A stretch of DNA of 64,000 nt from Schmidtea polychroa (taxonomy: Eukaryota): contig CM097887.1 of the NCBI GenBank assembly GCA_044892525.1, positions 81,074,397 through 81,138,396 of the forward strand. The letters run 5' to 3'. This document shows, piece after piece, positions 1 to 13,260 of the stretch. Each line of letters starts with the position of its first letter. Position 1 is the stretch's first letter. The translations under genes and the position numbers were made by a program. The notes under the pieces were generated by a model. It searched no databases. It was not told the DNA's origin and saw only the letters and a list, made by a program, of their open reading frames with translations.

Positions 1-424
1 AGGACCTTCTTCAATATTTGAAATGGTACCTTCACGCAAAGAAATATCTGTTATACTGTAAAATATTTTAATATTTTATATTTTAATGAATAAATCTTAC
101 ATTGTCAGATCTTCAACTTCGCAAAAACCCACTGTGTCCTGTGAAATATCTGTAAATCTAAAGAAATTTTATATTCCAAATTATTTTATAATTAAATCTT
201 ACGATGTATCTTCTTTTTTTTCCCTAAAGCTCAACGTAGAGCAGTCGGAATCTGATTCAAAAGTTTTTTTGTACATAATTTTTTAAATAATTTAAAAATA
301 TTGATATGTTAATTATATGTTAATCAATCTGAATTTCGCATGAAAAACACTTTACTTAATTTTGTATGTATTTTTCATTATGTGTGCTGTGCTTGTATGC
401 TTAATTATTTTCTCTCACTTTTAG

Positions 425-1400
425 ATTCCTATAATAAATATGTTAAATTTCGCGGCATTAAATTTCTACACACAGGTAAGTTTGTGTGTTCCTATAATAT
501 ATATTTATTGATTTTTTTTTAGATTATAGATAATGTTATATTTCGCGGTTAGGTGTAGGGTTTTTGTGTGTAAGGTAAGTGTGTTTGTATTTTATTTTTC
601 TCACCAAAATTATTCTTCTGCCTTTCTATAGTAAATGCCCCATAACCAATGCCAATAATATTTGTACTGGTTTCAAGTAAGTGCTTATTTTTTCTATACA
701 TAATTAAATATTTCTTAATTTATGATTAAACGTACCGAAATTTAGGAGCTTTTGTGTCTAATCAAGGTTTATGTGTAAAACGAAATTATGACTCATAAAA
801 CTCTGACAAATTTGTTTTTTGATGATTTTTTCAATTTAAAATAAATTATTATTATTTTTAAACTTAAATTTGAATATTTTCATTTTATTTTTGCTTTTTG
901 TGCAAAATTGGCGAGGATTCACAAAAACAATGCTTTTTTTTAAGTTTATATTTAAAAGTTTGTAAATTATAAAGTTAAATAAACTTTTCGGTATTCATAA
1001 TAACTTTTTTAAATGAAATTCGACTAAATCCTTTACGGGTTTTTCTTTTTTCGACAACATATGGTAAGATTTTAGAGTTTATGGCATTAAATTGCAGTTG
1101 TATTTAGAAACAATAGTTTCAATTGTTGGGTCTTATTATTCGAGTATTGAATCTATAAAGTAGTCGGATTTGTAATTTTTCTACTGAATATTTATAAACC
1201 CAATATATGGATAGCGTCTGTATGGGAATTGTACGAGGTTTGTCATCTTTCATTAATGTAAATATTTTTTATTAATAGATGCCAAATATTCAGATACCTC
1301 TGCATTTTATGTTGAAAATATGCATTCGAAATTTGATATGAATTGTCATTTAAATGCAGTAAGAATCGACAGTAAACAATTCAGGTGTTCGGTAAACATA
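425..1400 (+). CDS. Candidate short exons of an unidentified multi-exon gene (partial, phases not resolved)
   Basis: Cluster of GTAAGT/GTAAGA donors (about 476, 574, 677, 1063) and pyrimidine-AG acceptors bracketing short open frames, e.g. DSYNKYVKFRGIKFLHT, VYGIKLQLYLETIVSIVGSYYSSIESI, AKYSDTSAFYVENMHSKFDMNCHLNAVRIDSKQF. I could not join all exons in phase. Confidence 0.3.
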
Positions 1401-2977
1401 GGCCATTCATAGGCCATTCATAGGTCATTATTACACAAAAATCTATAAAATATAAGAAAAATTTTAAAATTATTACCAATTAACTTAAAAATTATAAGCT
1501 AATTAAATATTCAAAAAAGTAAAAATCAATATTTTTAGGAAGAAAAAACTTAGATCGGTGACAAATGAGAATCTGAAGACATGAAAAATAATTTTAAATT
1601 GATGAGAAAATCCTATGAGAGTCTAGCACCGAAAACAATAATTATCCTCATTAATGATTCAGAGAAACCCCATAAATCGCTGGAGAATTTTTGGAAATGT
1701 CAACCAAATTGGGATGTCAAGCGTAGATTAGACCAAAACATTGAGTAAAAATTCCTATCTACAATTTGTTAATATCTCAACACAATTAAAAACGGACACC
1801 CATCGGCGTCCGCTAGGGGGGGGGCACTTGCCCTCCCCTTGAATTTGCCAAACCATTCTATTTTTCGATTAATTTAAACACATTTTAATAGATGCGCTTA
1901 AACAATGTTGGAAAAACTCAAGACAAAAAAAATTTAATTTAAAGAGGCTTCCTGTTTTTTTAATGTTATTAATTATATCTGGAAATCAATGATTTCAAAT
2001 CATCTTATTTGTATAAAAAACTTTCAATATTAACTGACGTTACAAAGTGTTCTATTTTGTAAATTAATGAAAAAGAGTCCTATAATGCCCCAAATATTTA
2101 TTATACACATGCATTTTTTTTCAACTCTCTTCCCCCCTAGAAAAAATGTCTACTTAGTAAAAAAAATATTTTTGCCCCCTCTTAGACACCAATAAAATGT
2201 TTTCATCATATTTTTATTTCTTTTTAACATGCTTTAATTGGAAATATGTTTAAGAAAATATTTCGGTTATAACATAATCCTGATCAATTTAATCTGAAAC
2301 GTCATCATTTTTTACTTTGGGATACTCGATGCCTCCTAGGTTAAACAGTCAAAAATATTTGACAGTAAGTCATACATCTAAAAATAGGATTTGATATCCT
2401 TCAAGCAATTGATGAAAACAAATATTTTTAGTTGATCAAATTTTGATGGTGTTAATGAGAACCCCTTAAAGGAAACAGAAACTATTTGTCTCAAAATTTT
2501 GTAGATATAAATCTAAAGTTGATCTCAGCTAACTTTCGGGCAAAATTACTCGATTTCGTGAATGCTTCCCGAAGCACAGCAAAATGTTCTCCAAAAAGGA
2601 AATGAAATTTCGTTGGCAAAAGCAACAGAGAATGTTCATTGGCTATGTGAATTTTATCGCAGTGATTTGCTTTCTACAGAACCGAAAAATAGTGAATGAA
2701 ATCAGTTGAATAAAACAATGAATTTTAGTACATTTATTCACCAACACAAGAGACGGTGCCCGCAGACATTCTTATGCAACCGTCACGCATTCCACATCAA
2801 ACGCATGCACGTCTCACGTCAACTAAATCAGCCACCGCGAATGACGTCAGTAAGAACCATTTCCAAATTTATACATCATAACATGGGATCAGTCCCAATA
2901 TATTATTGTGGCATGCAAGCAAGAAAAAGTTGTGGCATGCATCAGGGCGACAATAAGATCTGTACAAATGCTCGTGT

Positions 2978-3631
2978 TTACACCGGCAAAATTACGTCCT
3001 TGCCTTTGAGAACTGAAATTAAAATAACAAAATTAATTTAGTAAAGTAAAATTGATAATTATATTGGAAAATTAAATATTAGCACAAGTCATTTATAGAT
3101 TTTCATAAATTTATTGCACGATATCCTAATAATCGATTTGTCTTTCTCAATAGCCAATCAATTCTATTGAATGTGTACATGTCTGTGTGTATTCGCGTGT
3201 TCACTTAATCAATAATTGATTCATCAATGGTATTATTGTATTAGTTAGTGTTGTTATCGTCATTATAAAAATCGGCCAATGAGCATCGAGAAATTTCGCA
3301 ATACCCAAAAACCGTGTGAAAAGTCGTGAAACAATGAAAATGGGCGAATAAAAAATTATCCTCACCTCGAGTCGCATACAAGTAGAAGAAATCAAGGAAG
3401 AAAACCGTCTGGACGCAACCAGCCACAATTGTGATCATGTCATATAACCCTTCTGTATAATATCGGTAGATCCAGTTGATAATGTAGAGCGCCCGATATA
3501 TACCAAGTGCAAATAGGTAATGATATGTTATGGTCTCAGCGGATCCTGTGTTCGTTATCATAAAAAGCTGAGGCAAGATTGCCAAGGATTCGAGATAAAT
3601 TGAGAAGGTCCACAAAATCTGAAATTAGCAA

Positions 3632-3676
<45 letters not shown>

Positions 3677-4108
3677 TTTATAAAAATATTAACTCCTACC
3701 TCCATAAATTCTGATTTGTGATTCTCTAACACTGCCAATGCAAAGGTTGGGATGAGAATGAATTCAACCCGAAACGTGTCATCAACCGAATTGTAAGTAG
3801 CCCTGAATTTTCTGTATATAAAGAAAACAGTAGTGTATATCAAGGCGAGGTAAATAATTTTCATGGACGTATTGTAGACCGACACAAAATTCGTGAACAG
3901 GTCGAGATAGCGAGTTGTGAAAACAATTAGAAAAAGTATTTGAGTTTTCCCGGAGACTCCTGAATGATAAAAATGTTGAGCATTAATAAATACTATTGAC
4001 AATTAGTCAGTGATTACCGGTACATGAGCGCGTTTTCCAAATTTTCAACAGTAAGATAATTATCGCTCCCAAATGGGACAGATCCCCAAACAATCTAAAT
4101 ATATTCAT
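2978..4108 (-). CDS. KDELR: ER lumen protein-retaining (KDEL) receptor, 212 aa, 4 exons: 4108-4018, 3959-3700, 3618-3366, 3012-2978
   Basis: Spliced translation [37 protein letters not shown]...RYLDLF...[19 protein letters not shown]...[19 protein letters not shown]. All introns are GT-AG (58, 81, 353 nt); exons total 639 nt. Confidence 0.97.
3635..3672. repeat. (TAA)n microsatellite in KDELR intron 2
   Basis: About 13 consecutive TAA units. Confidence 0.95.
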
Positions 4109-4789
4109 TTAGATTCGAATTTGTGTTTTAGTTTGACGTGTTAAAAATTGAATATATCTAAGACACCTCAAGGTTAGAAAAAATGTAAGAGAAATATTAA
4201 AACAAATCTGAATATAAGAAGAATTTAAAACAATAAAATTATTTAATTTAAATTTAGAATAAATAGAATATTTATATTTATGATTTATTATTTTTGATAA
4301 ATATTTCTCGAGAACAGTATTTGGTAAATTTAATGTTGATAAATTTAGAAAATTAGTAAAATTATAAAAGTAGTTATTCGTGCAAATTGAAATTAAATAT
4401 TGCTTAATATTTATTGTGTAAAGTTAAATTTTTAACAATATCCTGAACTTTTATTATATACTATAAGTACTTCTTTCGATTTTCACCTCTAATTTTTTTC
4501 GATTGGAATTATATTTATAAGAAAATTGACTATGAATCAATAAAGATATCGATGTCTTTTGATATTAACTTATTTTATTGTATAGTAAATGATTTAAGGA
4601 TTAGATAGATGAGAAGGGGGTAGTGTTAAATTTTTCAGTGTTGGTGGTTTGTGCGTCTGATTGTTTTTAATCTAACCAGCTAATTATGTTAGGTTGATGC
4701 TATGGACAATTATGGTTTAGATTTGAGTTGTGCAGGATATTTCACAGTTAATTCGATATTATTCGATATTTTGAATTATTCAACGCCTG

Positions 4790-5200
4790 ACCTATGCCCC
4801 TTCATGTTCGCACCGTTGTCGTGTCCTTGACCGCGGATATCAGAAGCCTAATCTTGTCAGTTCCAATAGTAAGCAGGTGTTGTCCAGTACTTTCTTCTAC
4901 TTCTAAAAAACGAATGAAGTACTCGTGAATTACTTCAGCATATCATCCTTCTATTTTTACAGAGCGAATTGTCAGTGACAACTGTTCTTGGTGACTTTAG
5001 TCTGGTGTGCTGAAAATATACTTACTAGATTTTACTCTTCCTACAATAATTTCCCTTTCCTTATTTCCCATCAACGAAATGAGCTCGTTTTGAATTCACT
5101 TTCCCAAGTAGTGATCATGAATTTCATCAGTTTGTATTCTTCATATATGTTCCTGCAAAAACGGATCAAATTTTGCCAGAAATTCAACGAAACCCAGTAA
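4790..5200 (-). pseudogene. hAT (ZMYM/TTF-type) transposase remnant
   Basis: Minus-strand translation gives RGQGHDNGANMKG, HYLGK*IQNELISLMG and TPD*SHQEQLSLTIR motifs with stops and frameshifts. Confidence 0.8.
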
Positions 5201-5592
5201 GTTTCCAATGTGTGCTTTATGTAGTTTATCGACTGAACTACGAAAAGCCATGTTATGCTCAGAAAGAAATTGGACTGAAGCAAAAAGACTGAAGCAAAGA
5301 GCTGTTAAAAAGATTAAAAAAAGTCTGATTTTATAGTTTCAATCCGTTTGGCAATTTTTGTAGGTGTTATCAGATAGTTCAGTCTTTTTATACAAAAAAG
5401 TGAATTTTTCGTTTTTTTATACAGTAAAAATTAACGAATCAACGGTTTAACATTGACTTACGTTACATTTTTAAAAAAGTAACTTATTAACGATTAACTG
5501 AGTTAACTTTCTTGTTATCAGGCTAATTATTAATGACGCTAACTTTTTGATTAACGATGCCCAGCTCTGAAATCAATAATCTCTGGCCACAT

Positions 5593-5862
5593 AAGGCCCG
5601 GCATGGATAAAGGACTATGACAGTACGCCCTATACTTATATGCTTAATATTAATAGTAATATTTTAAAAGAAATGTCATAATTGTCAGCTAATTTTATTA
5701 TATTAGTACGTTATTTTTCTAATTATTTTATCCTGAAAATTAAATAAATGTTATATAAAAGACATGTATTGCATAAGAGTATTAAAATTGTAAAAAGTAG
5801 TAAAAAATGTTTTGTCAAAGCGTGGAACCCAAGGCGGTTGCCTTGTCCTAAGACTGGGCCTG
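5593..5862. mobile_element. Degenerate hAT-type MITE
   Basis: AGGCCCGGC left end and CTGGGCCTG right end; no TSD recovered. Confidence 0.45.
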
Positions 5863-6980
5863 AGCAGGAAGTGGATAAGTTACTTTTCTAAATAAATACA
5901 TCAGGGATAATAATTATCATATCGAGAATGTTCATATATAATTTAGAGATCTTAAAGAATGGGATGAATGTAGATGTAGAAGATTTCAGAATCGATATTG
6001 TGTTTTTTGAAGATTTTATTATGTATTTTTTGATTTTAAATTCTGATCAATCTGATAAGCTGTTTTCATTTAAATTAACCGCATTTTTATTTCTTTTTTC
6101 CTGCCTGGTCTATCAGTTACCGTTTTATATCAATCCTTTCCTTGGACAAAGTGATACTCTGTGTCTTTTCAGCGATGACGTTTTAAAATGTGTTCCATGT
6201 GGAACTAGTTGCGTTTATTATTTGATTAATCGCGTGTTACATATTAATTACTTTTTATTTTATATAATGTTGTTATTCATTTTATTTAACTTTCTTATCA
6301 AATATTATTAAAACTAATTTTAAATTCATATTTTTAATGCGTATTTTAAAACAATATAATTACAAAAACTGGTTTCTCTTTGAAAAAGAATTTTAAATTG
6401 GATCGAATAAAATCTAGAATTATTTATTAATCTTTATTCATAAATCTTTTCTTACCCCTGCTATCAGTACACGGAACGCACTTTGGGAAACGCTGCCTTA
6501 TAGGAACTTGATTTTTATAAAAATCGATGTTGACAGATTGAAGCGAAAATTTGTTAAAAAAAATGAACTAGAATTTAATTTACTTGCCCGTTGAAACAAA
6601 AAACGTACCCACATTTATATATGTTTTTACAGCACTATTACGTTCTCTATCACAACTTCGAATATATACAGTTTGTTTTGCAATTAAAAAGTCAATATCC
6701 ATCACAAGATATCATATTAGAATGGATGTCAAAAATGCTATTTACAAAAATATAAAACAAATTTATTCTTCCCATACATCTTATTATGCTTCAAAAACAA
6801 ATAAATATATAATTTTAGATCTATTTTTACTTTCTTCGTTTATTTGTTTTAATCTTTTATATGGATGGGTCGCGAAAACTTAAAATAAAAACGGTTTTAA
6901 TAGTGGGTTTCGAATCGAAAATTTTGGAAACCACTGATCTAATGAAGTTAGAGAAAAGGCAAAAATACCCATAAAATGAT

Positions 6981-7053
6981 CAACCAATCAAAAGACAGAA
7001 AAAATAAAAATGCAACCAATCAAAAGACAGAAAAAATAAAAATGCAACCAATC
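6981..7053. repeat. 32-bp tandem repeat, 2.3 copies
   Basis: CAACCAATCAAAAGACAGAAAAAATAAAAATG twice plus a partial third copy. Confidence 0.9.
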
Positions 7054-7327
7054 CACATTAAACTATAAAATTATCAAACAATCAAGAGATAATATAGAAG
7101 TATGTCTAATCCATACAAAACCTGCTAAAGCATCAATCAATCAAGAAAAAATAAAATGCATCCACACCCAATCACCGACTTCCATTCATATGAACAGCAA
7201 ATCAATAATAAGCGCAAACGAGCGACCAGCAAATACACGAAAAGCGCTGTACTGATTAAAAACAAAATAAAATAATCACCGAACATCGAAAATAGCCTAA
7301 GAAAAGATTCAAATACGATATAAATGG

Positions 7328-10300
7328 CTAATTGACCTCGATCTCAGCCACATCGAGATCTGGATAATCATCGCAGCTGGAATTGCCTTCAGATTGGTTG
7401 TAGAAACTTGTAGAGAGCAAGAACAAGCAACTTCTGGCACGCTGAACTGTTTCTATCTCGATAACGTGACAACGCAATGAATCGTGGCTTTGCTCTAATT
7501 GCGGCGATGAAACTGTTATTCTAGAATCAGTAATGAAGCTCCTAGCTCTGTGGCGGGATTTGTGCGATCTGGTGAATTTTCTGAATGAATGTGCTGACCT
7601 ACAATGATCAATGGGACAGTTGTGCTCATTAATGACCACCTTGGATCGGATAGGACTTACTTTGTATCCAGACTTTCAGACTGCTCGTTCAAAATCGGGC
7701 TCTGGATCGGTTTGAAGGCGGAATTCTCTGTTTTTATTGTGCCACCCGTTGACCGTGGACTGAACGTTCGAACCTGTTTCATATAATGATTTGAATAGAA
7801 TTAGGCGATTATACTCATGTGTTTTGACAGTTTCGTTGGTGCCTCAAATTATCAATAGTTTATGGCGTTATCAAGTCAAGCCTTACTACACCACCATGAC
7901 CCTATCGTTAACTCTATTATTTCTCAATCATTTTACAAGTATTCGGTAAACACAATCACAATTAAATAAGAACTGTATGAAATATCAATATGGGGATGAT
8001 CTCGTCATGTGAAATGATTTTAAGATATTTCGTTACTGCAGATAGTGTTCTGAATAACGTGTAAAATGTTCGATATATAACGTGAATTATTGGCTTGTTC
8101 ATTCTCACAACCAACTATATGATTTATCAATTATTATATATTGTTCTTCTAGTGATAGAAATTCCTTTGAAGCTCCACCAAAAATTATATTTCAACATAA
8201 AAAAATTTTAAATTTAATACACCAAATTGTATAAGCTATTTGAGAAAAGGATAAATATTATGGGCAGGTAAATAAAAGTCGATCAATTCACAGGGACGAA
8301 GCCAGGATTTCAGCTTGGGGCGGGCAAAATTATTAATTATTGCAATTCATCGAGCAATGTTAAAATTTGACACGGAAAAATAGAAAAAATTATTTTATTA
8401 TTATAATTTATTAACAATGCATATAGAGCAGGGGTTGGCAACCTTTTAGCTGTGGTGTGCCAAGCCTCTGCCAATTAATTCAGAGTGCTATTTTATTTCT
8501 TTTTGCAAATAAGTAATGGTATATCACATTAAATAATACAGTTCTTTATGAAAATAATTTGATCCCAAAATTATTTTTTAAATATATTTAATTAAAAACA
8601 AACAACATAAAATGCCATTCACAACTAGAGTTGCCACACGTCCTGATTTAGGTAGGACAGTCCTACAATTTGGATATTTATCCTACGTAATACATGAAAG
8701 GGAAAACCAAAGGCATCTAGATTAAAATATTTCTGAAAATTTTTTTAAACATGTTTGTATGTATTTGATTTTATTTATTTTTATAGAATCAGTTTTAATA
8801 AAGATTTTTTGAAATAAGTTTAATAAAGTTAAAACAAAATTTATTCATTGAATAAGTAAATGTTAATCAATGTTTAATTTTTTAATAATAAGAATTAAAT
8901 AAAGAATTGAAATTATTTTAAATATTATTTAGAATATCATTAAAAGTTTAAAAATACATTTTTTACAACTATACTGCTAAAATGAACATTAATGATAGCT
9001 GGCTACAGGAGTATAAATGGCTCGAAAAATGTAATGTACTTTCGGTAGGACAGTCCTACAATTTGGCTATTTATCCTACATTTTTTTGGTTATTGATTTG
9101 TCTACTTTGAGCCTCTCAACATGTGATAACACTATTCACAACTACACCACGTGCCAAAGGTTACCGACCCCTGACATAGAATATATTACAATATAATATT
9201 AATTCGTCTTTGTCCCTTCATTAATTCAGAAAGTATTTCAACCGGACTTATGTTAATGTCTTGATGAATATATAACAAAGCCAAACCGTTTAACCTTTTT
9301 TAGTCCACGGTAATTCTTAAATATGACTTCAGATATTTAAGTGATCAAAAAGAACGCTCTGTTGTACAAGTTGATACCGACAAAGTAGCATATATTGTGA
9401 GAAGAATATAAATATTTTTTATAAAAAATTGCAGCAGTAGTCGGTTTGATTTTAATTTCTTCAAATTTTTTGTACCACAGCTTAAACTCATATTCGAGTT
9501 TTTTTTGTTAAATCAATATCTTTTTGATAGAAATCAATTAGGTATTTAAAATTTTGAAGTTTTTCATCCATTATCTTTAGTATTTTTATTCTCATACAAT
9601 TCTCATAACAAAACCAAAATAAAAGTTTTTTTAAAATATTCCACCGCTAATTTATAATCTATAATTTATTGGGGGGGGGGGGGACATGAGAGAATTATTT
9701 TGTATGAGATTACAGTAATTTTCACTCCGATTAATATTTTTAATCATTTTCGAATACTCAAATATAATTAACTTTAAATTGAATATTTCTTTTATAAATC
9801 ATGTTTATCGATCCTTATTTTCTACATTTTCATCATTTTCCAAATTTATAGAAAGTATTAAATTGGAATTTTATTAAATAAATTATAGAGCTGCTACGAG
9901 ATGAAAAAAAATCCATTTAAAGCCTTATAAACTAGACCAGTGGTTCTCAACTCGTGTTCCGCGAAAAAAATGACATTTAAGATACATATCATCAAAAACC
10001 TCAATTAATTTTTTTATAAGATGATTCAATAAGAAAGCCGTTACACAGATATATAAACATACAAATATAAAAGTGTTTTATTGCTTGTTATTGTTGCGCG
10101 TGGTATTTTCTTTGCTTATAAGGCATTATTTACGTTTACGGCAGATTTATAATAATTTGTGATTGGCCACTGTGGGCAAGTATTTTTTTGTCAGTGTTCC
10201 GCGCTTTTATATTAATTGAGAACCACTGGACTAGGTATATTGACATTGACAAGAAATTACTAAAAAACATTGTATTGACGTAGACCAAATCATCCAACTG

Positions 10301-10768
10301 AATAAGCGTAAAAAAGATCAAATGTCTTGCCACTGCTTGATTATGATTAAAAAAAATTGTAATTTTCCAATTGTATTTTTGCCTTCACCAGGAAAATATT
10401 GATTTTTCAATTTTCCAAAACTTTAATTAATTTTTTACACTTAAGTTGCTTTTTCAATTTCAAGTAATTTTATAGCATTTTTTATTGATTTGGACTCGAA
10501 TTTTTGTTAATTTTATTTGTACTCATTTACATAACCTCAGACTAACGGGAAAGCGAGATAATTAAGTCTTTTGGGACAAATATACAGGACTCACCTCAGG
10601 CATCATTGAACTGAAAGTGCAAAATATTGGGGTGCCTCGAACAGCCACTGGTTTAGTCAATGCATTGCGATCAATTTCGAAACGAGGAACAGGAGGTGAA
10701 TTTGCTGCAAGATTCATTGTGTCTGACAAATGGCTGCCAGTGATGATATGCTTGTAAAATTGATGATT
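7328..10768 (-). CDS. 3' exons of an unidentified protein-coding gene: 10768-10595, 7773-7661, 7598-7328
   Basis: Three exons with canonical AG/GT sites join in phase (0, 2) into one open frame ending at TAG 7328: NHQFYKHIITG...PVPRFEIDRNALTKPVAVRGTPIFCTFSSMMPE-VRTFSPRSTGG...SLDTK-SAHSFRKFTRSHKSRHRARSF...EIEVN*. Confidence 0.65.
8429..9173. mobile_element. hAT MITE (outer)
   Basis: TIR CAGGGGTTGGCAACCTT / AAGGTTACCGACCCCTG; degenerate 8-bp TSD ATATAGAG/ACATAGAA. Confidence 0.75.
8626..9134. mobile_element. hAT MITE nested in the 8429-9173 MITE
   Basis: TIR TAGAGTTGCCACA / TGTGATAACACTA; perfect 8-bp TSD TTCACAAC; internal direct repeat GTAGGACAGTCCTACAATTTGG. Confidence 0.85.
9938..10228. 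mobile_element. hAT (Charlie-like) MITE
   Basis: Perfect 13-bp TIR CAGTGGTTCTCAA; flanks AACTAGAC/GACTAGGT centred on CTAG. Confidence 0.8.
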
Positions 10769-11362
10769 CTAAAAAGAATTAAATCAAATAAAATTGTCGC
10801 ATAATTAGTGGCAAGCGCGAGGAATGATAGCGCAATAATTAAATAACGCAAATCTCTAATTAGTAGACCTGTGAGTGTTACATTTTAAGATCATGTTATA
10901 CTCATAAAATTTGAGAGCATATCATATCTCATATATTTTTCATTAGCAATTCTACAAATATAATATAAATGGGAGCACAATTAATAAATAGTCCTACATA
11001 TTCAATAGAACGTCTGTAACAATATTCCATTAAGAATTAGTCTCGATGAATACTCATTTAATAATTATGCTCACTAATGTGATAAGTGTTATTTTAGATT
11101 ATCTTTTAATACTACATGAATTGAAAATTTTGAAATTCTAAAAATGTTATTGAAAAAGGATATTTCGCAGAAAAAGATCTCATATGAAAATACAATTGAG
11201 AAATTAATTTCATAGTATTAGAAAAGGACAACCGAATTGAAATAATACGACTATGACCTAATGCAAAATTGTATGATTAAACAATAGAAAAAACCCAACT
11301 GTACTATGCCCGTATTACCCAATGGTCGGGCTGAAAGCCTGAAATGCTAAAAACTCTATTCA

Positions 11363-11365
<3 letters not shown>

Positions 11366-11395
<30 letters not shown>
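11366..11395. repeat. (TA)n microsatellite
   Basis: About 15 TA units. Confidence 0.95.
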
Positions 11396-11399
<4 letters not shown>

Positions 11400-11507
11400 T
11401 TATTTATAAATTACTGAATGTGTAAATTTCTTTTTAGAGCTATCTTTTTCAGTTTCATCAATTGTTATTTTATATATTAAAGAATGCGAAAAATACAAAA
11501 AGTATTA

Positions 11508-11860
11508 CAGTCATACCCCGGATAACGTTGCCCCGAATAAAGTTGTTTCGCTGTAACGTCGGTCCACCATTATAGTCATACCCCACTGTAACGTTGCGTG
11601 GCTTCGCTGTAACGTTTTTTTTTAATAAAACCGTTTTTTCAAAAACTAAGCAAGCGGTGTTATTTTAAAATCTTTTTTTATATATTACATATTCTAATAA
11701 AGAATTAAATCTAATTTTCATAATATCAAAATTCTCTTAATCTTTTAAATCTATTTAATTGCGAATTTTTTTCTTAATTATAATTGCTTCGTATAACGTT
11801 GTTTCGGTTAACATCGCGTTTTTCTGGAACCATTTAACAACGTTAACCGGGGTAAGACTG
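11508..11860. mobile_element. pogo/Tigger-like MITE
   Basis: 23-bp TIR CAGTC(A/T)TACCCCGG(A/T)TAACGTTG (21/23 match), TA on both sides, internal subterminal GTAACGTT repeats. Confidence 0.85.
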
Positions 11861-12679
11861 TATTGCAGTTACTGAATTTGGATTTTATTAAAATGTTTGA
11901 ATTGATTAAATTTATTTTATTGGGTGGGTATTTTATTTTTAAAGCAAATTTTAATTCTGTGTGGATGGAAAAATTGTTTTGATGAAAAGAGCTCTCGGAG
12001 ATTAATCTTTGTAATGAATTTTTAAAAATATTTAAATTTTTTTAACTTACCACTTTTTTTCAGAATGGGAAATTTAATATACTATGGGTCTCTTGATATA
12101 TTCTTTGCAGTCTCAGATCAATAAAGTTTTCGGAGAATGCTCTTTTGAAAAATAGTTTCATAAAAATTTCTATTACGATTGTTAAAATAATGCTTGATAA
12201 GGGTAGTGACGAAAGTTTCTGTGAATTGAATATAATGAATATTAGGAGGTAAAAAGAAATATAAAAGGCGACCCATCAATTTGATATACTAAAATATAAT
12301 TTGATATACTAAATTTTATTGGTCATTATTATTCCGATCGCTGATTGGCATTTTTCAAAATCCAAAAAACTTTCTATTAATAAATATTTTTGAACTAAAG
12401 CAAGCAAAGCTGTACATTTGAAGTAACCTAATTTGCAAATGAAACCAATAAGTATATTTGTTACAATAATAAACTTTTTGAATCTTTCAACTTTACAGAG
12501 TAATTTATTACTTTCCCTGTAACATACACAAACAAAAATTACAGAAGAATGCTGGTATTTTATAGAGTTCACCACTACAATTTACGTCAACATTAAATTA
12601 AGATGAATTATTTATGATAAACTCAATTTAATTAGTTTCTTGAACTCTGCATTAATTGATCTGAGTAAAAACCTTAAAA

Positions 12680-13260
12680 TAATACAAGGATGAGCCAAAA
12701 ATTAGATTAAAACTTCAATTTTGGCTATCATCGCTATCCGTTCTGTGTAAAGTGTTACGTCAATTATTTTTAAACTGCGATGCGAGAAAATTAGCAGCGA
12801 CCAACGACAAGTCTTTTCTGGTATGAAGATGTATGAATAAATAAAGAAGTCCAAAGAAATTGTACAACTATCAGCAATGAAGGAGCCGGACGGCCATCCA
12901 CATCCAGAGCTAATAACAAAATTGAGTGTTCGTGTGAATAGGCTAGTGGCAGTATATTACGTAACAAGTCATTTGCAAATCCACATGCCTATTCTATGAA
13001 ATAATCCATACAGACTATGTTTTCTAAAATATTGCACAAAATGGTTACTGAAACAACTCATGGAAGAACAAAAACAGTAGCGCTTGAAAATATAAACAAA
13101 ATTTTTGCCAATACTCGAAGGAAGGTAAAATCAAATCTCTTAAAAAAATTGTGACTGATTATGAAACTTGATTTTGCTACTACGGGTAAACGATGAAATC
13201 ATTCTCAATTGCAGATTTTAACGCTCACTGTGTACAATTATTATAAAACACTTATTTTCA
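12680..13260 (+). pseudogene. mariner transposase remnant
   Basis: Degraded GAGRPSTS, KQLMEEQKQ*RL and KIVTDYET motifs (cf. mariner SGRP, WVPHEL, IVTGDETW). Confidence 0.6.

Noticed and set aside
1391-1428. Short tandem repeats (ATAGGCCATTC x3; also the 32-mer at 6981) considered as CRISPR-like
   Set aside because: No unique spacers and a eukaryotic context; simple tandem duplications
3201-3365. C-terminal extension of the 3241-3615 ORF and the overlapping 3201-3428 ORF
   Set aside because: Read-through into KDELR intron 3; the true last exon is 3012-2978
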